A stretch of 64,000 bases of DNA from the NCBI RefSeq assembly GCF_028368995.1, contig NZ_JAQNDL010000004.1, forward strand, positions 352,001 to 416,000. Direction: 5' to 3'. Positions 45,587 to 58,826 of the stretch are shown one piece after another. The notes under the pieces were generated by a model, which saw only the letters and a list, made by a program, of their open reading frames with translations, was not told the DNA's origin and searched no databases. Source of the DNA: Nannocystis bainbridge (GTDB lineage Bacteria > Myxococcota_A > Polyangia > Nannocystales > Nannocystaceae). Both the position numbers and the translations under genes were made by a program. Position 1 is the stretch's first letter. Every line of letters begins with the position of its first letter.

Positions 45587-48500
45587 ATGCGAATCAAGAA
45601 GATCGAGGTCAACGGGTTCAAGTCCTTCGCCGACCGCGAGGTCATCCACGTCGACGACCACGTGACCGCGATCCTCGGGCCCAACGGCTGCGGCAAGTCG
45701 AACGTCGTCGACGCGATGCGCTGGTGCCTCGGCGAGCAGCGGGCCAAGCACCTGCGCGGCCAGGGCATGGCCGACGTCATCTTCGCCGGCTGCTCGACGC
45801 GCGGCCCCGGCAACGCCGCCGAGGTGACGCTGACCTTCCAGAACAACGGCCAGGTCCCGGCGGCCTACCTCAATTTCGCCGAGATCGCGGTCACCCGCCG
45901 GCTGTACCGCGACGGCACCAGCGAGTACCTCATCAACAAGGTGCAGTGCCGCCTGCGCGACATCCAGGAGCTGATGGCCGGCACCGGCGCGGGCACGCGC
46001 GGCTACTCGATCATCGAGCAGGGCCAGGTCGGCCGGATCGTCAGCTCCAAGGCCGAGGAGCGCCGCTACATCATCGACGAGGCGGCCGGCATCACCCGCT
46101 TCAAGGCCCAGAAGCAGGCCGCCGAGAAGAAGATCGAGCAGACGCAGCAGAACCTGCTGCGGGTGTCGGACGTGCTGACCGAGCTCGAGGCGCGGGTCGG
46201 CAACCTGCGCCGGCAGGCGCAGAAGGCCGAGCGCTACAAGCGCTACCGGTCCGAGCTGCGCGACCTCGATCTGTGGATCGCCAGCCATCGGTTCCTCGAG
46301 CTCGAGGCGACGCGGCGCGTGCTCGAGGTCCGCAAGGGCGAGCTCGGGGTGCAGGTCGACGACATGCGGGCCAACCTGGCGGCCGCCGACGCGCGCGGCG
46401 AGGCCCAGCGGACCGAACTGCTGCAGCGCGAGCAGGAGCTGCGCGCGGCCCAGACGACGGTGTTCGACCTCGACAACCGCATCAAGCTGGCCGAGAGCGA
46501 GGGCCAGTTCCGCCGCCGCGAGCAGGAGGGGGCCCGCCAGGCGGTCACACAGGCCCGCGCCGAGGCGGCCGCGGCCGAGCGCTCGCTGACGGCCCTGCGC
46601 GGGGAGCTCGAGCAGGTCACGTCCCAGCTCGAGGATCTGCGCGCCGGCGCCGACGAGGGCCACGCCGAGGTCGCGGCGCGCCTGCAGGAGGAGCACGACG
46701 GGCTGACGGCGCGGCTGCGCGGCGAGGTGTCCGAGTTCGAGCGCGGGCGCTCGCAGCTGGCGCGCCTGCAGCAGCGCGAGGCGACCGCGTCGGCTCAGCT
46801 GCAGGCCCGCGCCGAGGGCCTGTCCGACCTCGAGCAGCGGATCTCGGGCCTGGCCCAGGAGACAGAATTGCTGGTGATCCAGCTCGAGCGCGACCGCGAG
46901 GATCTCGAGGTCGCCGAGTCCGCCCGCGAGGCCGCGGCCGAGCGGGTCGCGGGCCTCAACGACCGTCGCAGCGCCGGCGACCGCGAGAAGCAGGCGCTCA
47001 AGGGCCAGATCAAGTCGGCCGAGCAGACCCACGACGGCGTGCGCACGCAGCTGCAGCGGACCCAGTCGCGGGTGCAGTCGCTCGAGGAGATCCAGAAGCG
47101 CTACCGCGGCTGCGCCAGCGGGGTGCAGACGGTGATCCAAAACCGCGAGGCGATCGCGGCGGAGGCCGGCGGGGCGATCCTCGGCATCCTCGCCGACCAC
47201 GTGGCCGCGCCGGCCAAGTTCGAGCCAGCGCTGTCGGCGGTGCTCGGCGACCGCCTGCAAGGGGTGGTCGTCGACGGCGTGCGCGCCAGCGCCAGCGCGG
47301 TCGCTTTGCTCAAGGCCAAGCAAGAGGGTCGGACCTCGTTCCTGCCGCGCGAGTGCCGGCCGCGCCGCTCCGAGCATGGCTCCCAGGACATGTCCGATGC
47401 GCCAGGTGCTTACGGACCTGGCCTCGAGGACATGCTCCAGAGGCCAGGCGTGGTCGGCCGCCTGGTCGACGCGATCGACGTGCCGGGGGAGCTGCGGCCG
47501 CTGGCCCGCGCGCTGCTCGGCGACACGGTGGTGGTCGAGGACCTGCCCCAGGCGCTCGAGCTGTGGCAGGCCGGGGCGACCGCGCCGCTGGTGACCCTGG
47601 CCGGCGACCGCGTCGAGCCCTCGGGGGTGGTGATCGGCGGCTCGGCGCAGGGGCTCGACTCGGCGCTGCTGCAGCAGAAGCGGGAGATCCGCGAGCTGCA
47701 CGAGCAGGCGGCCACGCGCGAGGTCGAGGTCGCGGCGGCGTACGAGCAGGTGCAGGTGCTGGCCGAGCGCCAGTCGCAGCTCGAGGCCGAGCGCGAGATG
47801 AGCGAGGCGGAGCTGCTCGAGTCGGAGAAGGTCCGGCTGGCGCGGGTGCAGGAGGTCAGCCGGCTGCAGCGGGAGATCCAGCAGCTGGGCCAGCGGATCG
47901 ATCAGCTGACGCGCGAGCGCGCCAAGCTGCAGGCGTCGCTCGGCGGCCGCGAGGAGGAGCGGGCGCGCCTGACCGAGGAGCTGGGGCAGGTGCGCGAGGA
48001 GCTGCCGGGGCTGCAGCAGACGATCGTCGACGCCGAGGCGCGCATCGAGCTGCTGCGCGAGCAGCAGGCGCAGGTGTCGGAGATGTTGACCGAGGCCAAG
48101 GTGGCGCTGGCGCGCTTCCAGCAGCAGCTCGGGGCGCTGACGGCGGCCGAGGGCCGGCTGTCGCGCCAGGTCGCGGCCGAGGACGAGCGCCTGCAGCGGC
48201 TCGGGCAGACCCAGATCGAGGGCGAGGCCAAGATCGCGGCGCTCGAGGAGGCGCTGCAGGCGGCCGAGGCCGAGCGCGAGCAGCAGCTCGAGGCGCACCG
48301 CGTGGCGACCGCGACGCTGCAGGCCGCGCGCGAGGCCCACGACGCGGTCCGCCTGGCCACCGACGAGCTCGACCTGTCGGTCCGCAAGCTGCGCAACGGG
48401 CTCGACGAGCAGCGCGAGCGCCTGGCCGAGGTCGAGAGCGTGCTCAAGGAGCAGCGCATGGAGGCGCAGCACCTGAGCGCCGACATCCGCGAGCGCTTCG

Positions 48501-49219
48501 ACGCCGAGCTCGAGCTGTCGCTGTGCGACTTCCACGACCGCCCGCTGGCCGGGCCCGACTCGTCGGCGCGCCAGCAGGAGCTCAAGCGCGTGCTGGCGCG
48601 CATGGGCGAGGTCAACCTGACGGCGATCGAAGAGTTCGAGGAGGTCTCGGGCCGCTGCGACTACCTCTCGACGCAGAAGCGCGACCTCGAGTCGGCGATC
48701 GCCCAGCTGCAAGAGGCGATCGACAAGATCAACAAGACCACGCGCGAGCGCTTCCTCGAGACGTTCCGCGAGATCAACGAGAAGTTCCAGCAGGTGTTCC
48801 CGCGCCTGTTCAACGGCGGCCAGGCGCTGCTCCGGCTGACCGACGCCAGCGACCTGCTCGGCACCGGCGTCGAGATCCAGGCCCAGCCGCCCGGCAAGCA
48901 GGTCCGCAACCTCGAGCTGCTGTCCGGCGGCGAGAAGGCGCTCACCGCGGTCAGCCTGATCTTCGCCATCTTCCTCATCAAGCCGAGCCCGTTCTGCCTC
49001 CTCGACGAGGTCGACGCGCCGCTCGACGAGGCCAACGTCGGCCGCTTCGGCGCGATGGTCCAGGAGATGGCGCAGAACACCCAGTTCATCATCATCACCC
49101 ACAACAAGCGGACGATGGAGATCGCCGACCGCCTGTACGGGGTGACGATGGAGACCCGCGGCGTGTCGAAGCTGGTCAGCGTCAACATCAAGCGCGCGGT
49201 CGAGATGGCGGTCGCCTGA
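45587..49219 (+). CDS. smc: Chromosome segregation protein SMC
   Basis: GFKSF, GPNGCGKSN, long coiled coils, hinge, LSGGEK, LLDEVDAPLD, ITHNK. Confidence 0.97.
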   Translation: MRIKKIEVNGFKSFADREVIHVDDHVTAILGPNGCGKSNVVDAMRWCLGEQRAKHLRGQGMADVIFAGCSTRGPGNAAEVTLTFQNNGQVPAAYLNFAEIAVTRRLYRDGTSEYLINKVQCRLRDIQELMAGTGAGTRGYSIIEQGQVGRIVSSKAEERRYIIDEAAGITRFKAQKQAAEKKIEQTQQNLLRVSDVLTELEARVGNLRRQAQKAERYKRYRSELRDLDLWIASHRFLELEATRRVLEVRKGELGVQVDDMRANLAAADARGEAQRTELLQREQELRAAQTTVFDLDNRIKLAESEGQFRRREQEGARQAVTQARAEAAAAERSLTALRGELEQVTSQLEDLRAGADEGHAEVAARLQEEHDGLTARLRGEVSEFERGRSQLARLQQREATASAQLQARAEGLSDLEQRISGLAQETELLVIQLERDREDLEVAESAREAAAERVAGLNDRRSAGDREKQALKGQIKSAEQTHDGVRTQLQRTQSRVQSLEEIQKRYRGCASGVQTVIQNREAIAAEAGGAILGILADHVAAPAKFEPALSAVLGDRLQGVVVDGVRASASAVALLKAKQEGRTSFLPRECRPRRSEHGSQDMSDAPGAYGPGLEDMLQRPGVVGRLVDAIDVPGELRPLARALLGDTVVVEDLPQALELWQAGATAPLVTLAGDRVEPSGVVIGGSAQGLDSALLQQKREIRELHEQAATREVEVAAAYEQVQVLAERQSQLEAEREMSEAELLESEKVRLARVQEVSRLQREIQQLGQRIDQLTRERAKLQASLGGREEERARLTEELGQVREELPGLQQTIVDAEARIELLREQQAQVSEMLTEAKVALARFQQQLGALTAAEGRLSRQVAAEDERLQRLGQTQIEGEAKIAALEEALQAAEAEREQQLEAHRVATATLQAAREAHDAVRLATDELDLSVRKLRNGLDEQRERLAEVESVLKEQRMEAQHLSADIRERFDAELELSLCDFHDRPLAGPDSSARQQELKRVLARMGEVNLTAIEEFEEVSGRCDYLSTQKRDLESAIAQLQEAIDKINKTTRERFLETFREINEKFQQVFPRLFNGGQALLRLTDASDLLGTGVEIQAQPPGKQVRNLELLSGGEKALTAVSLIFAIFLIKPSPFCLLDEVDAPLDEANVGRFGAMVQEMAQNTQFIIITHNKRTMEIADRLYGVTMETRGVSKLVSVNIKRAVEMAVA
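47373..47446. repeat. In-frame 14-bp-phased array in the SMC hinge
   Basis: Cores AGCATGGC 47373, GACATGTC 47387, GCCAGGTG 47401, GACCTGGC 47415, GACATGCT 47429, GCCAGG 47443. Confidence 0.8.
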
Positions 49220-49233
49220 GCCGCGGGCGCGGG

Positions 49234-49303
49234 TGTCCGCGAGGGCATGTCCACAAGGGCATGTCCGAAGGGGCATGTCCGCGAGAGCATGTCCTTGGGG
49301 GCA
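49234..49303. repeat. 14-bp-phased array, 5 complete TGTC-N6-RGCA units
   Basis: TGTC at 49234, 49248, 49262, 49276, 49290. Confidence 0.92.
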
Positions 49304-49370
49304 CCCGGCCGTGGCCCGGCTCACGGCGGCGGCGCTGCCGCGGACGCGGGAAACCGGGCATCGTCGCGGC

Positions 49371-50162
49371 ATGAGCATCTTTCGCGCGGACGCGCTGCAG
49401 GGACTGGTCGCCCTCGTCACCGGCGGGGGTTCGGGCATCGGGGCGGCGATCGCGGTGACGCTGGCGGAGCACGGGGCCCGCGTGGCGGTGTGCGGGCGGA
49501 CGCAGGCCAAGCTCGAGGCGACGGTCGAAGCGATCGCGGCGGCCGGCGGCGAGGCGCTGGCGGTCGCGGCCGACGTGCGCAGGCCGGAGCAGGTCGAGGC
49601 GGTGATGCAGGCGATCGAGGCCCGCTGGGGCCGGCTCGACGTGCTGGTCAATTCGGCCGCGGGCAACTTCCTGTGCCCGGCCGCGAGCCTGTCGCCGAAC
49701 GGCTTCGGCACCGTGGTCGACATCGATCTCAAGGGCACGTTCAACGCCTGCAAGGCCGCGCTGCCGCTGCTGTCGCGGGCGGGCGGGACGATCCTCAACA
49801 TCTCGGCGACGCTGCACTACGGCGGCACGCCGCTGCAGATCCACGCGGCCAGCGCGAAGGCGGGGATCGACGCGCTGACGCGCACGCTGGCGGTCGAGTG
49901 GGGCGCGGCGGGGATCCGCGTCAACGCGATCGCGCCGGGGCCGATCGACAACACCGAGGGGATCACCCGGCTGTTGCCGCCCGAGCTGCGCGCCAGGGCG
50001 GAGCGGGCGATCCCGCTGCGGCGGTTCGGCCAGCCGCGCGAGATCGCCGACGCTGCGGTGTTCCTGGCCTCGTCCGCCAGCGCCTACACGACCGGCGCGA
50101 CGCTGGTGATCGACGGCGGTCACTGGCTGACCGGGATGGGCCTGATGAGCCTCGCCGAGTGA
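49371..50162 (+). CDS. SDR oxidoreductase, 2,4-dienoyl-CoA reductase-like
   Basis: TGGGSGIG, NSAAGNFLCP...LSPNGF..VVDIDL.GTF, HAASAKAG, NAIAPGPI. Confidence 0.88.
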   Translation: MSIFRADALQGLVALVTGGGSGIGAAIAVTLAEHGARVAVCGRTQAKLEATVEAIAAAGGEALAVAADVRRPEQVEAVMQAIEARWGRLDVLVNSAAGNFLCPAASLSPNGFGTVVDIDLKGTFNACKAALPLLSRAGGTILNISATLHYGGTPLQIHAASAKAGIDALTRTLAVEWGAAGIRVNAIAPGPIDNTEGITRLLPPELRARAERAIPLRRFGQPREIADAAVFLASSASAYTTGATLVIDGGHWLTGMGLMSLAE

Positions 50163-50229
50163 CGGGGCGCGGTCGCGCGGCGGTTCGCCGGTCAGACGCC
50201 CGCGGTTCTGCGTTATCGTGGCGGCTCGC

Positions 50230-52320
50230 ATGAGTGCGAGCGCGAGCGCGGCTCACTACGTGCAAGAGGTCGGCGCGATCCTCGGGACCGCGGCCGTGAC
50301 CAGCTTGCTGTCGCAGCGGCTGCGTCAGCCGCCGGTGCTCGGCTACCTGGTCGCGGGCATGATCCTCGGCCCGCACGTGCCGGGCATCATCATCGGCGGC
50401 GAGGGCAGCGTGCAGCTGGCCCACGCGCTGTCCGAGTTCGGCGTGATCCTGCTGATGTTCACCATCGGCATCGAGTTCAGCCTGCGGAAGATCGTGAAGA
50501 TCGGGCTGCCGGCGGCGCTGACGGCGGTGATCGAGGTCGGGCTGATGATCTCGCTCGGCTACATGATCGGGGGGCTGTTCGGCTGGAGCTCGACCGCGAG
50601 CCTGTTCGTCGGCGCGTGCCTCGGCATCTCGTCGACGATGCTGGTGGCCAAGGCGTTCGAGGAGCAGCGGCTGCGCGGCGGCTTCGTCGAGGTCGTGTTC
50701 GCGGTGCTGGTGTTCGAGGACATGATCGCCATCCTGCTGCTGGCGATCCTCACCGGCCTGGCCTCGGGGACAGGTCTGTCGCCGATCGACTTCGCGCTGA
50801 CCGTGGGCAAGCTGCTGGCGTTCCTGCTGGCGATGCTGGCGGCGGGCCTGCTGGTGGTGCCGCGCTTCATCCGCGGGGTGGTCCGGATCGGGCGCGCCGA
50901 GACGACGCTGATCGCGGGCATCGCGGTGTGCTTCGGTATGGCGGCGTTCGCCTCGGCCTCGGGCTACTCGGTCGCGCTCGGGGCGTTCCTCGCCGGCATG
51001 CTGGTGTCGGAGTCGGGCGAGGGGCCGAAGGTCGAGCACGTGATCCAGCCGCTGCGCGACCTGTTCGCCGCGGTGTTCTTCATCTCCATCGGGATGACGA
51101 TCGACCCGGTGCTGGTGGCCCAGCACTGGTTGCCGGTGGTGGTGCTGACGGCGGTGGTGCTGGTCGGCAAGGTCGTCGGCGTGTCGTTCGGGTCGTTCCT
51201 GGCCGGCAACGGGCTGCGCCGCTCGGTCCGCGCCGGCATGAGCCTGGCCCAGATCGGCGAGTTCTCGTTCATCATCGCCGGCCTCGGCCTGCAGACCGGC
51301 GCGATCCCGGACTACATCCTGCCGATCATGGTGGCGGTCTCGATCCTCACCTCGATCACCACGCCGGTGATGGTCCGCCGGTCCGAGCGCGGAGCCGAGG
51401 CGATCGATCGCTGGCTGCCCGATCGCGTGCAGACGTTCGTGACGTTCTACGACGGGTGGATCGAGCAGCTGCGCGCGGCGCCCCGCAGCGCGACCGCCGG
51501 TCGCCGGGTGCGCGGGCCGCTGTTGATGCTGACCGTCGACGCGGCGCTGCTGGTGGCGCTGCTCGCCGGCTCGAGTCTGGTCCACTGGCAGGCGGTCGAG
51601 GCGATGTTCCAGGCGACGCGGCTGTCGCCGACGGTGATCGAGATCTTGTACGTCGGCGCGACGCTGACGCTGGCGGGCGTGCTGTTCGTCGGCGTGCTGC
51701 GGCGGGCGGCGGCGCTGGCCCGCGCGCTGGCGACGGTGGTCCTGCCGACCCGCGACGACGGCAAGCTCGACCTCGGCTCGGCGCCGCGGCGGGCGTTCAC
51801 GGTGGCGATCGAGCTGGCGCTGTCGCTGGTGATCGGGCTGCCGCTGGTCGCGGTGCTGCAGCCGTTCCTGCCGCTCAGCTCGGGCTTCGCGGTGTTCGTG
51901 CTGGTGGTCGCGGCGCTCGGTTACAACGTGTGGCGCAGCATCGGCAACCTCGATGGCCACGTGCGCGCGGGCACCGAGCTGATCGTCGAGGTGCTGGCCC
52001 GCCAGGGCCGCCAGGGCAGCGGCCCGGCCGCCCACCAGTCGCTGGTCGAGGTGGCGCCGATGCTGCCCGGCTTCCCCGACATGACGCCGGTGACGCTGGC
52101 GGCCACGAGCCCGGCGATCGGGCAGACGCTGGCGGAGCTCAACCTGCGCGCGCGCACGGGCGCGTCGGTGCTGTCGATCAACCGCGCCGGCGCGGGCGTG
52201 GTGCTGCCCGAGGCCAACGAGCGGCTGCAGGTCGGCGACACGCTGACGCTGGCCGGCGGCCACGAGGCGGTCGAGCGCGCCTCGGCGCTGCTACAGCGCG
52301 GGATCTCCCCCGGCGATTGA
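50230..52320 (+). CDS. CPA2 cation:proton antiporter with C-terminal TrkA-C domain
   Basis: PVLGYLVAG, LVFED, LGAFLAG, RDLFAAVFF, AQIGEFSFII; GQTLAELNLRARTGASVL. Confidence 0.9.
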   Translation: MSASASAAHYVQEVGAILGTAAVTSLLSQRLRQPPVLGYLVAGMILGPHVPGIIIGGEGSVQLAHALSEFGVILLMFTIGIEFSLRKIVKIGLPAALTAVIEVGLMISLGYMIGGLFGWSSTASLFVGACLGISSTMLVAKAFEEQRLRGGFVEVVFAVLVFEDMIAILLLAILTGLASGTGLSPIDFALTVGKLLAFLLAMLAAGLLVVPRFIRGVVRIGRAETTLIAGIAVCFGMAAFASASGYSVALGAFLAGMLVSESGEGPKVEHVIQPLRDLFAAVFFISIGMTIDPVLVAQHWLPVVVLTAVVLVGKVVGVSFGSFLAGNGLRRSVRAGMSLAQIGEFSFIIAGLGLQTGAIPDYILPIMVAVSILTSITTPVMVRRSERGAEAIDRWLPDRVQTFVTFYDGWIEQLRAAPRSATAGRRVRGPLLMLTVDAALLVALLAGSSLVHWQAVEAMFQATRLSPTVIEILYVGATLTLAGVLFVGVLRRAAALARALATVVLPTRDDGKLDLGSAPRRAFTVAIELALSLVIGLPLVAVLQPFLPLSSGFAVFVLVVAALGYNVWRSIGNLDGHVRAGTELIVEVLARQGRQGSGPAAHQSLVEVAPMLPGFPDMTPVTLAATSPAIGQTLAELNLRARTGASVLSINRAGAGVVLPEANERLQVGDTLTLAGGHEAVERASALLQRGISPGD

Positions 52321-52328
52321 AGACGGCG

Positions 52329-52402
52329 GGCATGCTCGATCGAGCATGTCCGATGGAACATGGCAAATCGGACATGTCGTGAGCGACATGTCCGAAGACG
52401 CA
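52329..52402. repeat. 14-bp-phased array (5-6 cores)
   Basis: Cores at 52329, 52343, 52357, 52371, 52385, (52399). Confidence 0.9.
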
Positions 52403-52408
52403 GCCGGG

Positions 52409-52900
52409 TCAGGCGCGCGCGAGCTCGGCGGTGGCGGCGACGATGCGGTCCAGCGAGCGGGCGAGCACGTGGGCGTCGTCGACGACCTCGAGGCGGACGG
52501 CGGGGTGGGCGGCCGCCCAGGCCTCGACGGCGGCGACGGGGATGAGCTCGTCGTCGCGGCCGTGGATGGCGATCGTCGGGCAGGGCGGCGCGAGGTCGAG
52601 GGCGTCGGCCGGCGGCTCGTGCACGATCAGGGCCGGGGCGGCGAGCACGAGGCCGTGCACGCGACCGCCGGCGCGATGGTGGAGGATCGCGCCGCACAGG
52701 GCGGTGAGGCCGCCGTAGCTCGAGCCGACCAGGACGCAGCCGTCGTGGGCGGCGAGCTCGGGCAGCAGCGCGGCGACGCGCGCGGCGAGGTTCATGCCGG
52801 TGAAGTCGGGGGCCACGAGGTCGAGACCGGCGGCCCGCAGCGCCTGCGCCTTGCGGCCCTGCGGGCTGCCCTCGAGACCGTGGCAGAAGACGACCTTCAT
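52409..52900 (-). CDS. Small alpha/beta hydrolase (YqiA-like esterase)
   Basis: HGLEGSP, GSSYGG nucleophile elbow, HGRDDELIP, DDAH. Confidence 0.85.
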   Translation of the reverse strand: MKVVFCHGLEGSPQGRKAQALRAAGLDLVAPDFTGMNLAARVAALLPELAAHDGCVLVGSSYGGLTALCGAILHHRAGGRVHGLVLAAPALIVHEPPADALDLAPPCPTIAIHGRDDELIPVAAVEAWAAAHPAVRLEVVDDAHVLARSLDRIVAATAELARA

Positions 52901-52942
52901 CGCCGGACAGGATACGCGGCGGGCCGGCGCTCGTGGTAGGCC

Positions 52943-54070
52943 ATGGCCATGCCGGTGTTCGCGCTGACGGACGAGCTGGTGTTCCCGGACCCGGGGCAGG
53001 CCGAGCCGGACGGGCTGCTGGCGCTCGGCGGCGACTTGCGGCCCGAGCGGGTGCTGCTGGCGTACGCGCACGGGATCTTCCCGTGGAACAGCGAGGACGA
53101 GCCGCTGCTGTGGTGGTCGCCGGCGCCGCGGGCGGTGCTGGAACCGGGGGCGATCGCGGTGCCGCGCTCGCTGGCCAAGGCGATCCGTCGCCGGCCTTAC
53201 CGCATCACCCTCGACCTGGCCTTCGAGGCAGTCATCGCCGCGTGCGCCGAGACGCCGCGGCCGGGCCAGGACCGCACGTGGATCACGCCGGCGATCCGGG
53301 CGGCGTTCACCGATCTTCACCGCCGCGGATTGGCCCACAGCGTCGAGGCGTGGGACGGCGAGGAGCTGGTCGGCGGGCTGTACGGGCTGGCGCTGGGGTC
53401 GGTGTTCTGCGGCGAGAGCATGTTCGCCCGCGCCGACGATGCCTCGAAGATCGCGTTCGTGGCCCTGGCCGAGCAGCTGCGGCGGTGGGAATTCTCGATG
53501 ATCGATTGCCAGGTCGAGTCGGACCACCTGCGTCGCTTCGGGGCGACGCCGCTGGAGCGCGTGGCGTTCATGCGCCGGCTGGCGGCCGGGGTGGCGCAGC
53601 CGTGGCGGGTCGGGCTGTGGACGCTCGACGAGGAGCTGGCCGGCCGCGCCGAGGGCGGGCCGCCGGCGCACACCGCCGGGCCGCCGGTGATGTGGAGAAT
53701 GTCCCAAGAGACAGGTGATGCGTCCGCCGGCGAGGGGCGGAGCCGGCGCAAGCGGCGAGGCCGCGGCGACTGCGAGCTGGCGCGAGGGACAGGTGCTTCG
53801 ACGGGGCGCGCGGCCGAGGCCGCGAGTGAGATGTCTCGAGGGACAGGTGGATCGGCGGGGTCCGGGGCAGAGGCTGCGCCCGCGAGTGAGGCGTCCCGCG
53901 GGAAGAAGGACGCGCCCGAGCCCGACCTGCCGCGCGGGACAGATCCAGGGGTGGTCCGCGGGGCCGCGGAGGGCACGATGGGCGCAGAGACCGAGGACAC
54001 GAACATGTCTCCGGGGACAGGTGGCGAGGGCGCCGCTGCTTCGGGCTCCTCGGGCCGGCGGGAGCCCTGA
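52943..54070 (+). CDS. aat: Leucyl/phenylalanyl-tRNA--protein transferase with a long low-complexity C-terminal extension
   Basis: GLLALGGDL, AYAHGIFPW, WWSP.PR, AHSVEAW, LVGGLYG, FCGESMF, ASKIAF, IDCQ. Confidence 0.93.
   Translation: MAMPVFALTDELVFPDPGQAEPDGLLALGGDLRPERVLLAYAHGIFPWNSEDEPLLWWSPAPRAVLEPGAIAVPRSLAKAIRRRPYRITLDLAFEAVIAACAETPRPGQDRTWITPAIRAAFTDLHRRGLAHSVEAWDGEELVGGLYGLALGSVFCGESMFARADDASKIAFVALAEQLRRWEFSMIDCQVESDHLRRFGATPLERVAFMRRLAAGVAQPWRVGLWTLDEELAGRAEGGPPAHTAGPPVMWRMSQETGDASAGEGRSRRKRRGRGDCELARGTGASTGRAAEAASEMSRGTGGSAGSGAEAAPASEASRGKKDAPEPDLPRGTDPGVVRGAAEGTMGAETEDTNMSPGTGGEGAAASGSSGRREP
53696..54022. repeat. Five dispersed TG(T/G/C)C-N6-GACAG sites in the aat tail
   Basis: GACA at 53710, 53788, 53842, 53938, 54016, all in the same reading frame. 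Confidence 0.8.
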
Positions 54071-54183
54071 ACCGCTGCGGGGCCGCGGGCCCGGGGAGCG
54101 ACGGCGCCGCGACGTCACGGGGCCATCGGCTGCGACGGGCGTGACGCGCGGGAAGGCGCGAGGTATCCTTCGCGCCCTCTCGC

Positions 54184-57567
<3,384 letters not shown>

Positions 57568-57594
57568 ACTGATCGCGGGCGCGGCACCCCGACG

Positions 57595-57626
57595 CGCATG
57601 AACGAGAGAACATGTCTCGAGAGACA
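57595..57626. repeat. Short 14-bp-phased array
   Basis: CGCATGAA 57595, AACATGTC 57609, GACAG 57623. Confidence 0.65.
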
Positions 57627-57740
57627 GACATTATGCGCTGACTGCGCGTGTGGTCGATGTCTTCCAGGCGCGCGAGCGGCCGTACGCCCGGTGCGAGGTC
57701 GAGTGACGGAGGCGTGGGGCTGGAGTAGATTTCTCCCCGA

Positions 57741-58826
57741 ATGTCCTCGCCCGCATGGTTCATTCGCTCCGTCTCGGTGCAGAAGTTCGGGTGCCTCAAG
57801 GACGTGAACGCAGCGTTGACGCCGCTGCACGCGTTCATCGGGCCGAACGATAGCGGCAAGAGCACGCTGCTGCGCGCGCTGCGGACGGCGATGCACCTGG
57901 TTCGAAGGTCATTTATTCGCGCGCCGAATGACGAAATTCAGCCCTTTGATCCGGGACCACTCTGTAGCGGGACGGCCATGCAGCTCGCCTTCGGGCCAGA
58001 TCGTGCAAAGAGCCATTTCAACTTGAAGATCCTCGATGAGGGTAACTTCGCGGAGTCCGGTGGGTCGAAGCCGTTGCTGGCGTCTCAGCGAAGCTGGATC
58101 GGGCCGCGGTCGACCAAACGAGGTTCAACGCTAACGTGGCCTCCGGAGATTTTGCCGCTGCTCGACTCGGGCGCTCGGCTCGTGCACCTAAACCCGAGCT
58201 CGCTGCGTGAGCCGAGCGAGCTCATCCCTGAGGGCGGTGGAAACGAGCTCATCGACGAGTACGGGCGGGGGCTGCCGGCCATTTACGACGCAATCCTCAA
58301 TCGCGGGGATGATGCATTCTTGCGCATGGTCGAGGGCGTTCGTCGTTTGTTTCCGACGATCAAGGCAGTCCGCCTCAAGGTGATGTCGAAGAGCACTAAG
58401 GCGCTGGAGGTGGAGCTTGTTTCGGGGGAGCGAGTGCCCGCGGCATTCCTCAGCGAGGGGCTCCTGTTCTATCTCGCCTTCGCGGCGTTGCAGCACCTCG
58501 ATCCGGTCGCGCTGTTGCTGATCGAGGAGCCCGAGAATGGGCTGCACCCGGCGCGAATCGCCGACGTCATGCGGATCCTGCGGGAGATCTCGAGTACGAC
58601 GCAGGTGGTGCTGACGACCCATAGTCCGCTCGTGATCAACGAGATGCAGGGCGACGAGGTCAGCGTGGTCACGCGCGATCGAGACAAGGGCACGATGGTC
58701 CGTCGCCTCGACTCGACCCCGAACTTCATCGAGCGCTCGAAGGTCTACGCCCTCGGAGAGCTGTGGCTGAGCTACGCGAACGGCGACGACGAGGGGCCGC
58801 TGCTCACCGCGCAGGTCGTGACATGA
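57741..58826 (+). CDS. ABC-type (AAA_21/AAA_15-like) ATPase, putative defence component
   Basis: Walker A GPNDSGKST, signature LSEG, Walker B LLIEEPENGLHP, H-loop TTHSP; more AT-rich codons than flanking genes. Confidence 0.88.
   Translation: MSSPAWFIRSVSVQKFGCLKDVNAALTPLHAFIGPNDSGKSTLLRALRTAMHLVRRSFIRAPNDEIQPFDPGPLCSGTAMQLAFGPDRAKSHFNLKILDEGNFAESGGSKPLLASQRSWIGPRSTKRGSTLTWPPEILPLLDSGARLVHLNPSSLREPSELIPEGGGNELIDEYGRGLPAIYDAILNRGDDAFLRMVEGVRRLFPTIKAVRLKVMSKSTKALEVELVSGERVPAAFLSEGLLFYLAFAALQHLDPVALLLIEEPENGLHPARIADVMRILREISSTTQVVLTTHSPLVINEMQGDEVSVVTRDRDKGTMVRRLDSTPNFIERSKVYALGELWLSYANGDDEGPLLTAQVVT

Noticed and set aside
44177-49801. 1874-aa minus-strand ORF
   Set aside because: Only the last 392 aa are FtsY; the rest is the stop-free antisense shadow of smc and the SDR gene, typical of high-GC DNA
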